Below, one piece after another: positions 47,399 through 57,375 of a DNA stretch of 64,000 nucleotides; positions within the stretch are counted from its first letter, which is position 1; every line of letters starts with the position of its first letter. The notes below the pieces were generated by a model. The model was not told the origin of the DNA and did no database searches. It worked only from the letters and a program-made list of their open reading frames with translations. Source of the stretch: a virus (taxonomy: Duplodnaviria; Caudoviricetes); IMG/VR virus record IMGVR_UViG_3300014205_000174. One strand, written 5' to 3'. A program made the position numbers and the translations under genes.

Positions 47399-47824
47399 AT
47401 GAAAAAGATTGAAGCGATTTTCAAAAAATACAGCGCAAAGCCATCTGACTTATCCGATGGCTTGTTGGCTGAATTTAATGAGCTCCAGGAGGTCATTAAG
47501 AAGTACAATAATGCCGTGGATACTTATGAGGCCTCTGGGGAGAAAGATGCCGATACTGACGATAGCCTTGATGCAATGGAAGATTTGATTGAGGCAAATG
47601 AAACCAGTATCGCTGAAAAAATAACCGCAGAGCTGGAGGCGAAAAAAATCGCAGCAGCAACTCCGGAACCAACCCCAACTCCGGAACCAACCCCAACCCC
47701 GGAGCCAGTAGTAACCCCCGAACCGGTTGCCGGCGCAGAAGAAAGTAAAGATGGGTGGGGATGGTTGATTGCCGGTGCCTTGGGCCTTGTTGGCTTAGGA
47801 TGGCTGTATAAAAAAAGCAGGTAG
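47399..47824 (+). CDS. C-terminally anchored membrane protein with PEPTPT linker
   Basis: Helical N-terminus, 18-bp tandem repeat, GWGWLIAGALGLVGLGWLYKK. Confidence 0.8.
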   Translation: MKKIEAIFKKYSAKPSDLSDGLLAEFNELQEVIKKYNNAVDTYEASGEKDADTDDSLDAMEDLIEANETSIAEKITAELEAKKIAAATPEPTPTPEPTPTPEPVVTPEPVAGAEESKDGWGWLIAGALGLVGLGWLYKKSR

Positions 47825-47845
47825 AAATTTTAAATTATCTATAAC

Positions 47846-50800
47846 ATGACCACAACTATACGTACATATACCATAGCGGATTATCATAGCAACAACAGCG
47901 GACAACATTATGGTTGTTTTGATGTTGAATTGTCGTGGGATAAGAACGAGAAGTGGTGTGTGCGTGCCGGTGGGGACTTGGATAAGTATGCTCCTCTTTA
48001 TAAAAATACCCATAATAGGTCTATCAAAGACGCTCTGGCGATATATAAGCGCCAGGTGGCAAAGGCAAAAAAAGATTCGGGTAAAGAAGGTGAAGAGTGG
48101 ATGACGTCTCGCTATGATGAGTATGTCGAAGCTGATGCAAAAGATAATGCATCGTTAGCTGAAGGTGGTCAGGTAGGGCCTGCACCAGAGATGACCGAAG
48201 ACCAGCGCATAGCATCTATTATTATTCAGCAATTGGGTGGTCGCAACAGGCTGAATATAATGACAGGTGCATATAATTTCTATGCAGTAAAAAAAGGCGT
48301 TGCTTTCAGGATTAAAAACCAGAAGGCCAACTATATAAAAATAGTATTGGAGCCCACCGACCTATATGCCATTGAGATTGGCCGCATCAGGGGCAATACA
48401 TACAAGATAGTGTATGAACATAGCGGTATTTACAATGACCAGTTAAAAGGCATCATTGAGAAGTATACCGGTATGTACCTTTCTTTGAAGGATGGGGGCA
48501 GGATAGATGTAAATGACGATGACCATAATCAGGACTTGGAGCATTTGAAAAAAGAGGCTATTGCCAATGCAAAAAGGTACGGTCGCAATAAGGCATTTGC
48601 ATATCTTGTTCTTGTAGAAAAAGAATACGATGGGGTAAAGCCAACCCGTGTGGATATACAGTTAAAATCCGGGTTTGAATTAATGCCGCAATCTTATCGT
48701 GATGCTTTTGATATAATTTACGATACATCGGCTGAAAATGAAGAAAAAAAATCGGCACCAGCGGCACCATCTTCGTCAGAATCATTTAAGCCAACGGTTG
48801 GCCAGGTATTCCACAGTAATTCAAGTGGCAAGGATTTTGAAATTACCGACATTGATGAAGATGGCTGGATAACTACTTACCAGGTAGGGAAACCACACCA
48901 GATTCAGTACATGGATAAATCAAATACACCATCCTTCCTTATGTACATGAGAAGGGGCGCGTTTGAGTTGATTAATAAAGATGCAACCCCTATCAGCGAC
49001 AGTGACTACATTTGCCGCATAGGCAGTGAGATAGTAATTAAAAAGTTAGAATACGACAGGAATGTGAAAATGAAGCTTATGCAAATAATTCCTTTGAAAG
49101 AGGGGGGCATTGAGGCTGGCATGGGTAAATACACGTATAAATTTGTTGGTAGTAAGGACAGGGTGAAATACATTACTGAATCTGCATTGAGAGGGATGAT
49201 ATATGCTAATCAAATTGTTTTTATTAAACAATTAGAAGATGGCGGCCCTGTTGATATGACGGAGCGGGAGTTCCTTGATAAATATTTTGGGGTTAACGTT
49301 TTCCCCAAGGAGATTACCGACATGTTTGAAATTGAAAATAAATCCTCATCAAATAAAGATAAAGTAGCAGCGTACATTGATGACCTAAAGCAAAGGGGTT
49401 TTACGGTAAAAAAGAAATCGTACAGTGATTTTGTTTCTATCATGGGCGCAAAAAAGAAGATGGCTGCCGGCGGCCCTGTGTCTTCCATGGACGATGAGAT
49501 TTTAGATTACATCTTCCGTAATTACCCTGACAAGGAGTTTAATGACAAGGAATTCATTTCCATGATTCACGCTATATTCTCAACTAAAATAGAGAACAGC
49601 ACTATTTCTGATAAAGACATTCAGGCTGCAATGAACAGGTCTCTGGTTAGTAAGGCTAAGCAATATAAAACTGAGTTCGGGAAAACCGTGCTCGGGTTTG
49701 AGTCTATTAGCGCCAAGGGCTTTGAACAATACCAAGGCTGTCCGATTATTTATTTCTCTGAGCTGGTAGATATTTCAGATAGCTTTATGACCTGCTCAGG
49801 TATCTTATTTGAAGGCGAAATCGTAAATGGCAGCGAATGCTTTGATGATTGGTTTGCAAATGAAGAGGACGCATTAGATGTAGCCTATAAGATGGCCAAT
49901 GATGTACCGGTGTACGAGGGAGGCAATGAGCCGTATGCTGATGGCGGAGAATTGGAAAGGAAAGCTGCCGCTGTAAGAAAAGCAGTAGAAATTGCAGGAA
50001 TTGCTAATAGCAACAATATCCGCGCATCTAATCTGACATTGAAGCAGTATTCAGAAAAAATATTTGATGCGACTAAGATTGCATACCCCGTATCTGACCT
50101 TGCGCTTGCTTACGAGGCTATGAAGAGTACTGGCTATGCGGACGGCGGCCAGGTAACTGGTGCGGCTAAGGTTTTAGTGCAGGGGTATCCGTATTTCCTT
50201 AAAAAAATAGACAGCACGCATCTGTACGTGACCAACACGGAAAATGCTCCGGGTATGGCCTCTCATGTTGGCCAGTTCAAAGATGCAAAGGGTGACCAGG
50301 CTTTCTACAATGATATCAAGGATTGGCTTCAAGGTAAAATTGATATAGAGGGCCGGGAGTATGCGGATTTCTATGCTGATGGCGGCCAGGTTGATGGTGC
50401 CATTAAGGTTAGTATAGAAGGATATCCCTACTACCTTAAGAAAATAGACGTTACGCACCTGTTTGTATCTAATAACGAGCGCATGGAAGGCACTTGTTAT
50501 CATATAGGTCAGTTCAGGACGCAAAATGGTGACCAGACTTTCTATAATGATATCAAGGACTGGCTTAAAGGTAAAATCGATATAGCAGGAAGGGTATATG
50601 AGAAATTTTATGCTGATGGCGGTGAATTAGAAAGAAAGGCCGCCGCTATAAAAACTGCAATAGAAATAGCTGAAATTGCCAACAAAAATAATATCCGTGC
50701 ATCGCACCTTACATTGAAACAGTATTCGGAGAAAATATTTGATGCGACTAAGATTGCATACCCCATAGCAGACCTTGCGCTTGCTTATGAGGCTATGAAG

Positions 50801-53800
50801 AGTACGGGGTATAAGAATGGCGGAGAGCTTCCTGCCGGGGAATTTAAGAAAGCAGAAAAGGAGACGTTTGAAATATATGACGAAGAAAGTAAATTCGTAA
50901 GGGGCGAGAGTTTTTGGTTCGCATATAAAGAGCTTAATGACGGGAAAGATATTCTTTGTGTTAGTTACGGTAAGAATCTACCGGATGATTCACTTCCTCC
51001 ATATAGCTGTTCGGTTGATATTTGCCCACTACAGAATATCCTTAGTTACCAGAATGACGAAATTAAGACATTAGCTGACGCAGTTCGCCAGTTCTGGATA
51101 GAAATGATACCAACCGACAGGTTTACTATTTCTTATTTTAAAACACTGCAAGAAGCAAAGGAGTTTGCTGAAGACAAGATAAATATTAGCGAGGCGGTGG
51201 TATTAAGTAAGGAAGTAAAATGGATGAAGCCCGACAGCCTCGATTATATACTGTTTATACTCAATAATGGCTGGCTTATCAAAGGGGATTGCCAGGGTGG
51301 CGATAGTTTGTTGTTTAAGGTATACGAGCCGACTACCGGGCTTGACCAGCACGAGTCTGTTTCTGAGTTTATAATAGACGAAAAGAATACAATGATGGGC
51401 CTGGTTATCTCAAGAAAGAGTATGACAAGGCTTGAATCTATTCCGGAAGCCTATAAGTGCATATACTCTGCTCTTCCTGAATTGAAAGAAGTGGGCAATC
51501 AAACGCCATTTGGATTATTTGTTGAGCTGAAAGATATGTCGCCAGCTATGTTTGATGAGGCGGTAATTAATCAATACATGCTTGGCACAAAAGAGTCGTT
51601 AGACGCGAACTTCTGGTCTGATTTGGCTCATTTGTGGAAGACTAATAATCTTCGTTTTGAAAATAATAAATGGGTAAATACCGGCTTGTGGAGGACGGGT
51701 GCTTTTAAGGAAAGTAACACTAATCCTAAGACCGGTCATGAGTTAACCGATGTTGATGTAACTGTGATATGTAGTTTAGCAAATAGCTATAACGTCACAG
51801 TGGCTGATATCAAAACAAATAATCCTGATTTCACCACCTTTGAAATATATAACCAGAGAGGGAATAATTTCAAGGCGGGCGGGCAGATACCGGGACACTT
51901 TGCTTCCGGTAAAAATATGGAGGTGTTTGGGTATCAGACGCAAAATTTCGATATCAGCAAGGCGCTTTGTAATCTGTTTACAGATATAATAAACAACAGC
52001 TCTCATACTGAGCAGTGGTGTATTAAGCATGCTGCCATTGAATTTGATGATGTGCTGAGTATGGAGAAATATGTGGTTCGTACCGGTGAGGCTATACCTG
52101 GGGGCTTTAAGGAGGCTACAAAAGCTGCGCTTCTCGGCTGTAAATTATTACAAAAAGGAGGGTATGATGAAGTAGCTTCCACGACCATCATGTCCGACCA
52201 TCTGCTTGAAATTGCCCGTCGCCTTCCTAAACAATACCGTGACGGTGGGGTGGTAAAACAACATATTCTACAGATAGGCAATGATGCCGTTGCCCTTGAT
52301 GCCCTGATACATGGCGATAGCCAATTGGAAGACTGGGTACAGTCAAGGATAGCCCGCGCTGCTACAGATATGGGTGATGTGGTTAACTACCTCAACTATG
52401 AGCTTGACGGTGACGGCATCGGTGGTGATGGGAAAGAACCACATGTGGTCAAGTATATCGACCTTGATGGCTCCGATGACCAGGAGCCGAAAGAAATTAT
52501 CGTTGAGGCCGTAACGCCGCATGAGGCAAGGGAGATTGTGCAGGAAGAGCTTGGCGATGACGGTATTGTTACGGGGGCGGTTCTTATCGATGATGATTAC
52601 AAGGCCCCGGAAGCCGATATCCCGGCGGTAGCGGTATCGGAGCCTGCGCCACAGGAAATGATGGCCCGTGGTGGCCTGATTGAAAAGGAAACCGACTATG
52701 CACCGTATGTCATAGCAGAAGGCGTTGCCTTTACGCTGATGGATAAGCATTTTCCAGAAAGCAGAGACCAGCAGGCTGCGGAGTATGCGGAAGAAATGGC
52801 TGATTACCTGTATAAAACGGCCCAGAAGCAGTACAAAGATTCTAATGCAACGTTAAAGCATAGTATAGGCAAGGGGTCAAACATAGGCCGTGACCGTTTT
52901 TACGGTATAATGGAGGGCTGGGGTGAGCTGTATATGCTCAAGCACCCATTCACTCCCGTTAAGGCATCTGCATCCATGGCCCGTGGCGGAATGATTGAGA
53001 AGGAGACCGGATATTTCCCGGACGCATTGGCGTCATTAGTTGCCGATGAAATTGTTGACGATAAATTCCCGGATAGCGACCCAGGGGATGCGACTGCTTA
53101 TGCCGATGAAATGGCCGAACATCTTGTGACCACTGCGGAACTAATGTATAAAAACTCTAATTCTTCATTACGCAAGGCTATAGGTAGCGGTTCTGAAGAA
53201 GGCAGGGATAAGTTTGCCGCACTCATGAAGGTGTGGGCGGAGCTTTGGATGGTTGACCACCCGTTCGAGGAAACGGCGCTGGCGTATGCAAAGGGTGGCG
53301 AAGTACGCAATCTTAAGTTTGGCCGCGTGATGCATGAGTTTAAAGAAGGGAAACTAACTGACCGCTGGGGCAACAAGGTTACTGACCGTGGACAGGCCCT
53401 GGCTATTGCATATAGCTCTTCGTCTCCCAAGATGAAAGATGGCGGTGAAGTTAATGGTTGGGTCAAACAAAAGGAATGGCACGGCAATCCTTCATTAGGG
53501 TATGAAAGCTGGAAGAAGAATTTCAAAACGCCAGGCGGAAGAGCAGTGCCTGTTTATCTGTTTGGCAAAGAGGGTAAAGGCAAGAATACTATAATATATA
53601 CTCAAGATGAGCAAGGTAAAACAATTCCTAGCGGGAATACGTTTGATGCGCCCGACTGGAGTTATTGCGTATCTGCTGGGCCTAATAGCGACTATACTCA
53701 TTCCGGTGGGTTTTATCCTGAGACGCCTTCATTGCAGGAGGCTATGGATAAAATAGATGCGCTGGATAAAATAAAAAGGTTAATATACGAAAGCGGCGGC

Positions 53801-54661
53801 ACAATCGAGTTGGTGGAAAACACTTACGCTGACGGCACAAGGTCATACAAGCTTGGTGACAAATACAGCGAAGACTTCGATTATGATGGGCTTATGGCCA
53901 CTGGTTTATCCGCAGATGCAACATGGAGTATTGAAGATTTAAAACTCCTGCAAAATAGTTTTACCGATGTAAATTATCATAAGGAGGCAGCATTGGTTGG
54001 TTCGGTTATAAAGGCATTGGGAAGAGGAGGGAAGCCTGCGGCAAAAGCACATATTAAATATCTTCACGAAAAGCTGATAGATAATATTACTGACGGCGCT
54101 GACGACCAATTACAGGATGGTGATGAGGTTTACGAAGTGTCATTGGAAGCTGTCCCAAATCACGACTTTGGCCCGGAAGCTCACGAGAGTTCTGTGCGTA
54201 TTGCTAAGCATATGGTACCTGCAAAGAGCATAGATGACGCTGTGCGCATAGTTCATGCGTTTTGCGTGGACAATGACCTGGGCGGCGGCAATTTTATCAA
54301 TGCTAAGCTATATGTTGCTGGTGTTGAAATCGGACATATTTCATACAATGGGCGCGTGTGTGGCCTGAATGGTAAGCCTATGGTTTATGAAAAAGGTGGC
54401 GTATTGTCAGTAAGCAGTCTTCGTAGTAAAACAAAGGAGGAGCTTGCCCAGATGTACCAGGATAAGTTTGGACTTCCGGCTCTTCACCAAGATATAGGGA
54501 CGCTGATTGCGGCATTGCACTTTGAAAAGCGCATAAAGAACCTGACTGACGCGGAGCGTGAATTTGCTGCCGATATTGAAGAAAAAATTCAGGATGCGGA
54601 GGATGCTATTGTGAAAGAGAATGGCGGGACAGTTGGCAAAACAGACAGCATCGCTACATAA
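47846..54661 (+). CDS. giant modular GG-motif polyprotein (2271 aa)
   Basis: About 17 [FYML]xxGG motifs separating mostly 50-150 aa modules; duplicated modules bounded exactly by the motif. Confidence 0.85.
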   Translation: MTTTIRTYTIADYHSNNSGQHYGCFDVELSWDKNEKWCVRAGGDLDKYAPLYKNTHNRSIKDALAIYKRQVAKAKKDSGKEGEEWMTSRYDEYVEADAKDNASLAEGGQVGPAPEMTEDQRIASIIIQQLGGRNRLNIMTGAYNFYAVKKGVAFRIKNQKANYIKIVLEPTDLYAIEIGRIRGNTYKIVYEHSGIYNDQLKGIIEKYTGMYLSLKDGGRIDVNDDDHNQDLEHLKKEAIANAKRYGRNKAFAYLVLVEKEYDGVKPTRVDIQLKSGFELMPQSYRDAFDIIYDTSAENEEKKSAPAAPSSSESFKPTVGQVFHSNSSGKDFEITDIDEDGWITTYQVGKPHQIQYMDKSNTPSFLMYMRRGAFELINKDATPISDSDYICRIGSEIVIKKLEYDRNVKMKLMQIIPLKEGGIEAGMGKYTYKFVGSKDRVKYITESALRGMIYANQIVFIKQLEDGGPVDMTEREFLDKYFGVNVFPKEITDMFEIENKSSSNKDKVAAYIDDLKQRGFTVKKKSYSDFVSIMGAKKKMAAGGPVSSMDDEILDYIFRNYPDKEFNDKEFISMIHAIFSTKIENSTISDKDIQAAMNRSLVSKAKQYKTEFGKTVLGFESISAKGFEQYQGCPIIYFSELVDISDSFMTCSGILFEGEIVNGSECFDDWFANEEDALDVAYKMANDVPVYEGGNEPYADGGELERKAAAVRKAVEIAGIANSNNIRASNLTLKQYSEKIFDATKIAYPVSDLALAYEAMKSTGYADGGQVTGAAKVLVQGYPYFLKKIDSTHLYVTNTENAPGMASHVGQFKDAKGDQAFYNDIKDWLQGKIDIEGREYADFYADGGQVDGAIKVSIEGYPYYLKKIDVTHLFVSNNERMEGTCYHIGQFRTQNGDQTFYNDIKDWLKGKIDIAGRVYEKFYADGGELERKAAAIKTAIEIAEIANKNNIRASHLTLKQYSEKIFDATKIAYPIADLALAYEAMKSTGYKNGGELPAGEFKKAEKETFEIYDEESKFVRGESFWFAYKELNDGKDILCVSYGKNLPDDSLPPYSCSVDICPLQNILSYQNDEIKTLADAVRQFWIEMIPTDRFTISYFKTLQEAKEFAEDKINISEAVVLSKEVKWMKPDSLDYILFILNNGWLIKGDCQGGDSLLFKVYEPTTGLDQHESVSEFIIDEKNTMMGLVISRKSMTRLESIPEAYKCIYSALPELKEVGNQTPFGLFVELKDMSPAMFDEAVINQYMLGTKESLDANFWSDLAHLWKTNNLRFENNKWVNTGLWRTGAFKESNTNPKTGHELTDVDVTVICSLANSYNVTVADIKTNNPDFTTFEIYNQRGNNFKAGGQIPGHFASGKNMEVFGYQTQNFDISKALCNLFTDIINNSSHTEQWCIKHAAIEFDDVLSMEKYVVRTGEAIPGGFKEATKAALLGCKLLQKGGYDEVASTTIMSDHLLEIARRLPKQYRDGGVVKQHILQIGNDAVALDALIHGDSQLEDWVQSRIARAATDMGDVVNYLNYELDGDGIGGDGKEPHVVKYIDLDGSDDQEPKEIIVEAVTPHEAREIVQEELGDDGIVTGAVLIDDDYKAPEADIPAVAVSEPAPQEMMARGGLIEKETDYAPYVIAEGVAFTLMDKHFPESRDQQAAEYAEEMADYLYKTAQKQYKDSNATLKHSIGKGSNIGRDRFYGIMEGWGELYMLKHPFTPVKASASMARGGMIEKETGYFPDALASLVADEIVDDKFPDSDPGDATAYADEMAEHLVTTAELMYKNSNSSLRKAIGSGSEEGRDKFAALMKVWAELWMVDHPFEETALAYAKGGEVRNLKFGRVMHEFKEGKLTDRWGNKVTDRGQALAIAYSSSSPKMKDGGEVNGWVKQKEWHGNPSLGYESWKKNFKTPGGRAVPVYLFGKEGKGKNTIIYTQDEQGKTIPSGNTFDAPDWSYCVSAGPNSDYTHSGGFYPETPSLQEAMDKIDALDKIKRLIYESGGTIELVENTYADGTRSYKLGDKYSEDFDYDGLMATGLSADATWSIEDLKLLQNSFTDVNYHKEAALVGSVIKALGRGGKPAAKAHIKYLHEKLIDNITDGADDQLQDGDEVYEVSLEAVPNHDFGPEAHESSVRIAKHMVPAKSIDDAVRIVHAFCVDNDLGGGNFINAKLYVAGVEIGHISYNGRVCGLNGKPMVYEKGGVLSVSSLRSKTKEELAQMYQDKFGLPALHQDIGTLIAALHFEKRIKNLTDAEREFAADIEEKIQDAEDAIVKENGGTVGKTDSIAT
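49934..50809 (+). repeat. A-B-B'-A' module duplication (67, 79, 79, 67 aa)
   Basis: Units start at YADGG codons 49934, 50135, 50372 and 50609; next motif YKNGG at 50810. Confidence 0.9.
52661..53284 (+). repeat. tandem module duplication (105 and 103 aa)
   Basis: MARGGLIEKETDY (52661) and MARGGMIEKETGY (52976), ending at YAKGG 53285. Confidence 0.85.
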
Positions 54662-56096
54662 AACCTAACTAAATGTATTTATCTTTACTCAAACAATTGT
54701 ATTTTTAATTCAAATAGATAAGATTCACAGAATGCCACTTTATAAGTCCAGAAAAATACGATTAGAGCCGAACAACAAGCAGCTTACGCTACTCCGTAAG
54801 CATGCAGGTTGTGCGCGGTATGCGTATAACTGGGCCATTGCAATAAGCGAGCGGATATACGAAGAATATAAAATAACCATCACAGCCATAGACCTAAACA
54901 AAATGTTTGTGAAGATGGAGAAGTCGCAGCATAACTGGCTGTATGAAGTCAGCAAGTGCGCTACACAGCAGGCCATACGCAACTACGAGACAGCGAGAAA
55001 GAACTTCCACAGGATACAGAAAGACAGTGGGTACACTAAGAAGCGTCTGCTAAATAAACGCTCCGAAGACGGAAAGAAAGTATACATCCTTGAGGGTCTG
55101 CCGCAGAAAAAGAAAAAAAACAAGAGCCGCGATAGTTTTTACCTTGAGAATGATGGCGTAAAACCAATACAAACAAAAAAGGGGTATATTAAACTGCCAA
55201 AGATAGGTTGGGTGAGAACGTCCGAGGATATTTCACCGGAAGTGTCATTCCTTAGCTGCACCATAAGTAGGCGTGCTGATGACTGGTACGTAAGCTACAA
55301 GTACGAGTTTGAGCCTACGGAGCACAGAAACATAAGAACTGTTGGCGTAGACCTTGGCATAAAGACACTAGCTACACTGAGCACCGGTATAACCTTTGAT
55401 ACCCCCAAAAGGTACAAAGAGCTTAATCGCAGACTGCGCCGCGAGCAGAAAAGCCTGTCTCGTAAGTATGAATCTTGGAAGCTGCACAAAAACGACCAGC
55501 GTCCACAGAGCCAAAATTACAAGAAGCAAAAAACCAAAATAGCAAAGTTGCATAAACGCATTGTAGACCATCGCTTAGATGGCCTGCATAAGCTCACTAC
55601 CCACCTCACCAAAAACCACAGTGAGATAGTTATTGAGGATTTGAATATAAAGGGCATGTTGAGCAACCACAATCTGGCCAGAAGTATTGCCAATGGGAGT
55701 TTCCGTGAGCTGCGCCGCCAGTTGAAATACAAAGGCGACTGGTATGGCTGTAGAATTACCGTAGCTAACAGGTTCTTCCCGAGCAGTAAGATGTGCAGTG
55801 TCTGCGAAGCAATCAACAAGACCCTTAAGTTAAAAGACCGGGAGTGGGACTGCGAGGGTTGCGGCACCCATCACGACCGTGATAATAATGCATGCCAGAC
55901 ACTGGAGCAGTACCCAACTATGCATGCATATAAATATTTGCCGGTTAGCCAAACCGGATATGCGGAGAGTTCCACCGTGAAAGCCTGTGGAGCCGGGAGT
56001 TCTGCGAGAGTTTCGCATAGCCTGGCTATTAGTACGAAGCAGGAAGTAAACACTAAAAACCCGCGTGAGTAGGTTTAGGTAAGTTTTACAGAACGG
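54662..56096 (+). mobile_element. tnpB-only IS607-like element
   Basis: Right end GTAGGTTTAGGTAAGTTTTACAGAACGG ends in the GG typical of IS607 ends; left end approximate. Confidence 0.6.
54732..56072 (+). CDS. tnpB: TnpB RNA-guided endonuclease, IS607-type, no tnpA
   Basis: KIRLEPNNKQ...HAGCARYAYNWA; RuvC GVDLG / VIEDL / HDRD; zinc ribbon. Confidence 0.95.
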   Translation: MPLYKSRKIRLEPNNKQLTLLRKHAGCARYAYNWAIAISERIYEEYKITITAIDLNKMFVKMEKSQHNWLYEVSKCATQQAIRNYETARKNFHRIQKDSGYTKKRLLNKRSEDGKKVYILEGLPQKKKKNKSRDSFYLENDGVKPIQTKKGYIKLPKIGWVRTSEDISPEVSFLSCTISRRADDWYVSYKYEFEPTEHRNIRTVGVDLGIKTLATLSTGITFDTPKRYKELNRRLRREQKSLSRKYESWKLHKNDQRPQSQNYKKQKTKIAKLHKRIVDHRLDGLHKLTTHLTKNHSEIVIEDLNIKGMLSNHNLARSIANGSFRELRRQLKYKGDWYGCRITVANRFFPSSKMCSVCEAINKTLKLKDREWDCEGCGTHHDRDNNACQTLEQYPTMHAYKYLPVSQTGYAESSTVKACGAGSSARVSHSLAISTKQEVNTKNPRE

Positions 56097-56157
56097 CAAG
56101 AAAGCAATACTTGTTGCTTCAGGCTTATTGTTCGGGGCCATAGGCCTTGTGCTATTA
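56095..56157 (+). repeat. diverged copy of 56323-56385 (downstream gene) in the TnpB guide position
   Basis: Encodes GKKAILVASGLLFGAIGLVLL versus GKKAILVVSGLLFGAIGLVLL. Confidence 0.9.
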
Positions 56158-56234
56158 CTGATGTGGAGCGTGAATTAGCGGAGCATGTTGAAGGTGAGAT
56201 TCAGAAATCTGAAGATGCGTGTATAGGCAGTTGA
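56154..56234 (+). pseudogene. diverged copy of the 3' end of the upstream polyprotein gene (54542-54613)
   Basis: ITDVERELAEHVEGEIQKSEDACIGS* versus LTDAEREFAADIEEKIQDAEDAIV. Confidence 0.75.
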
Positions 56235-56271
56235 TAAAAAATATTAGTTACGCAAAACTGAAAAATAATTT

Positions 56272-56460
56272 ATGCAACCAGAACTAATCGAAAAGATAAA
56301 AGACATAGACCTTAGTAAGGTAGGCAAAAAAGCAATACTTGTCGTTTCTGGGCTGCTCTTTGGCGCGATAGGCCTTGTGCTGCTGAATAAATTCGTAGAG
56401 GATAACTTTGATTTCCGAGTGGACAGAATTTCCAACAAGCCACCAAACGATAAGAAATAA
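56272..56460 (+). CDS. small single-TM protein
   Basis: AILVVSGLLFGAIGLVLL. Confidence 0.75.
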   Translation: MQPELIEKIKDIDLSKVGKKAILVVSGLLFGAIGLVLLNKFVEDNFDFRVDRISNKPPNDKK

Positions 56461-56502
56461 AACTTAGTTTTTAATTTTATAAACAAACCAAAAACAAACC
56501 AC

Positions 56503-57123
56503 ATGTACAAGTACGAACTAAAATTACAAGAAGTGGGCATGCAGGTTACAGACCTTAGTAAGGGCATGCAGGATAAGATAAAGAAATTCCTTAAGGGGGT
56601 TGCCGCCGCTGATAAGATGAGGGAAAGGCTGAAAGGAAATATTACCCAGGCGACCAGGGAAAGTATTGAAGCGGAGTTGGCTGATATGGACATTGATGCT
56701 GGCGATATGAAGCTGGTAAAGGGCATTGAAGACGGTATAAAAAATAAAGACAAGTACGATGCCCTTGCTGCTAATTTGCAGAAGAAAAGGCTAGAGAAAG
56801 GGATGTCTGGCTCAAAGCCGCCGGCAGCGACACCAATACCTATTCCGCCAGCAACAAATCCAGCACCACAACCAATACCTATTCCGCCAGCAACGAGTCC
56901 AGCACCACAACCAACGCCAGCCTCGGTTGCTCCGGCTCCCGTTGCTCAAGTACCAACCACGCCACCCGCCTCAACTCCTTCTCCTGCTCCGGCAGATAAA
57001 GGCAAGGAAGAAGAGGTAGCTAAAGATGGGAGTAGTAATGTCAGTGGCTGGGCCTTTGCAGGAATAGTGGTATTGTCGCTACTTGGGCTTGGGGCCTGGG
57101 CAAAAAAAACGGGCAGGATATAG
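56503..57123 (+). CDS. C-terminally anchored Pro-rich membrane protein
   Basis: Same architecture as 47399; GWAFAGIVVLSLLGLGAWAKK. Confidence 0.8.
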   Translation: MYKYELKLQEVGMQVTDLSKGMQDKIKKFLKGVAAADKMRERLKGNITQATRESIEAELADMDIDAGDMKLVKGIEDGIKNKDKYDALAANLQKKRLEKGMSGSKPPAATPIPIPPATNPAPQPIPIPPATSPAPQPTPASVAPAPVAQVPTTPPASTPSPAPADKGKEEEVAKDGSSNVSGWAFAGIVVLSLLGLGAWAKKTGRI

Positions 57124-57160
57124 GGCATTGTATTTTTTAAATCGTAAATTTGATTAAGCA

Positions 57161-57373
57161 ATGAGTTACTTGAAGTATAAAAAAGAAAAGCAGCAGAAAG
57201 AGAGTAAAAAACTCGCTACCGTCGGGTTTGTAGTAGGAGCTGCCTTGGCGCTCGATGATAGCGACAGTAATTACGAAGATGTTGTAGCTGGCGGTGTGGT
57301 CGGGGTTTTGGTAGTGGGACTATTCGAATACTTATTCCCGAAAGCAAGCAGTAAAATTGCGCAAATGATATAA
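57161..57373 (+). CDS. small membrane protein (glycine-zipper-like)
   Basis: GFVVGAALA...AGGVVGVLVVG. Confidence 0.7.
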   Translation: MSYLKYKKEKQQKESKKLATVGFVVGAALALDDSDSNYEDVVAGGVVGVLVVGLFEYLFPKASSKIAQMI

Positions 57374-57375
57374 AC

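Noticed and set aside
46307-50809. CRISPR array or DGR template/variable repeats
   Set aside because: Repeats are long, in-frame coding duplications with mainly synonymous differences, no spacers, no adenine-specific pattern, and no cas or reverse transcriptase gene in the window
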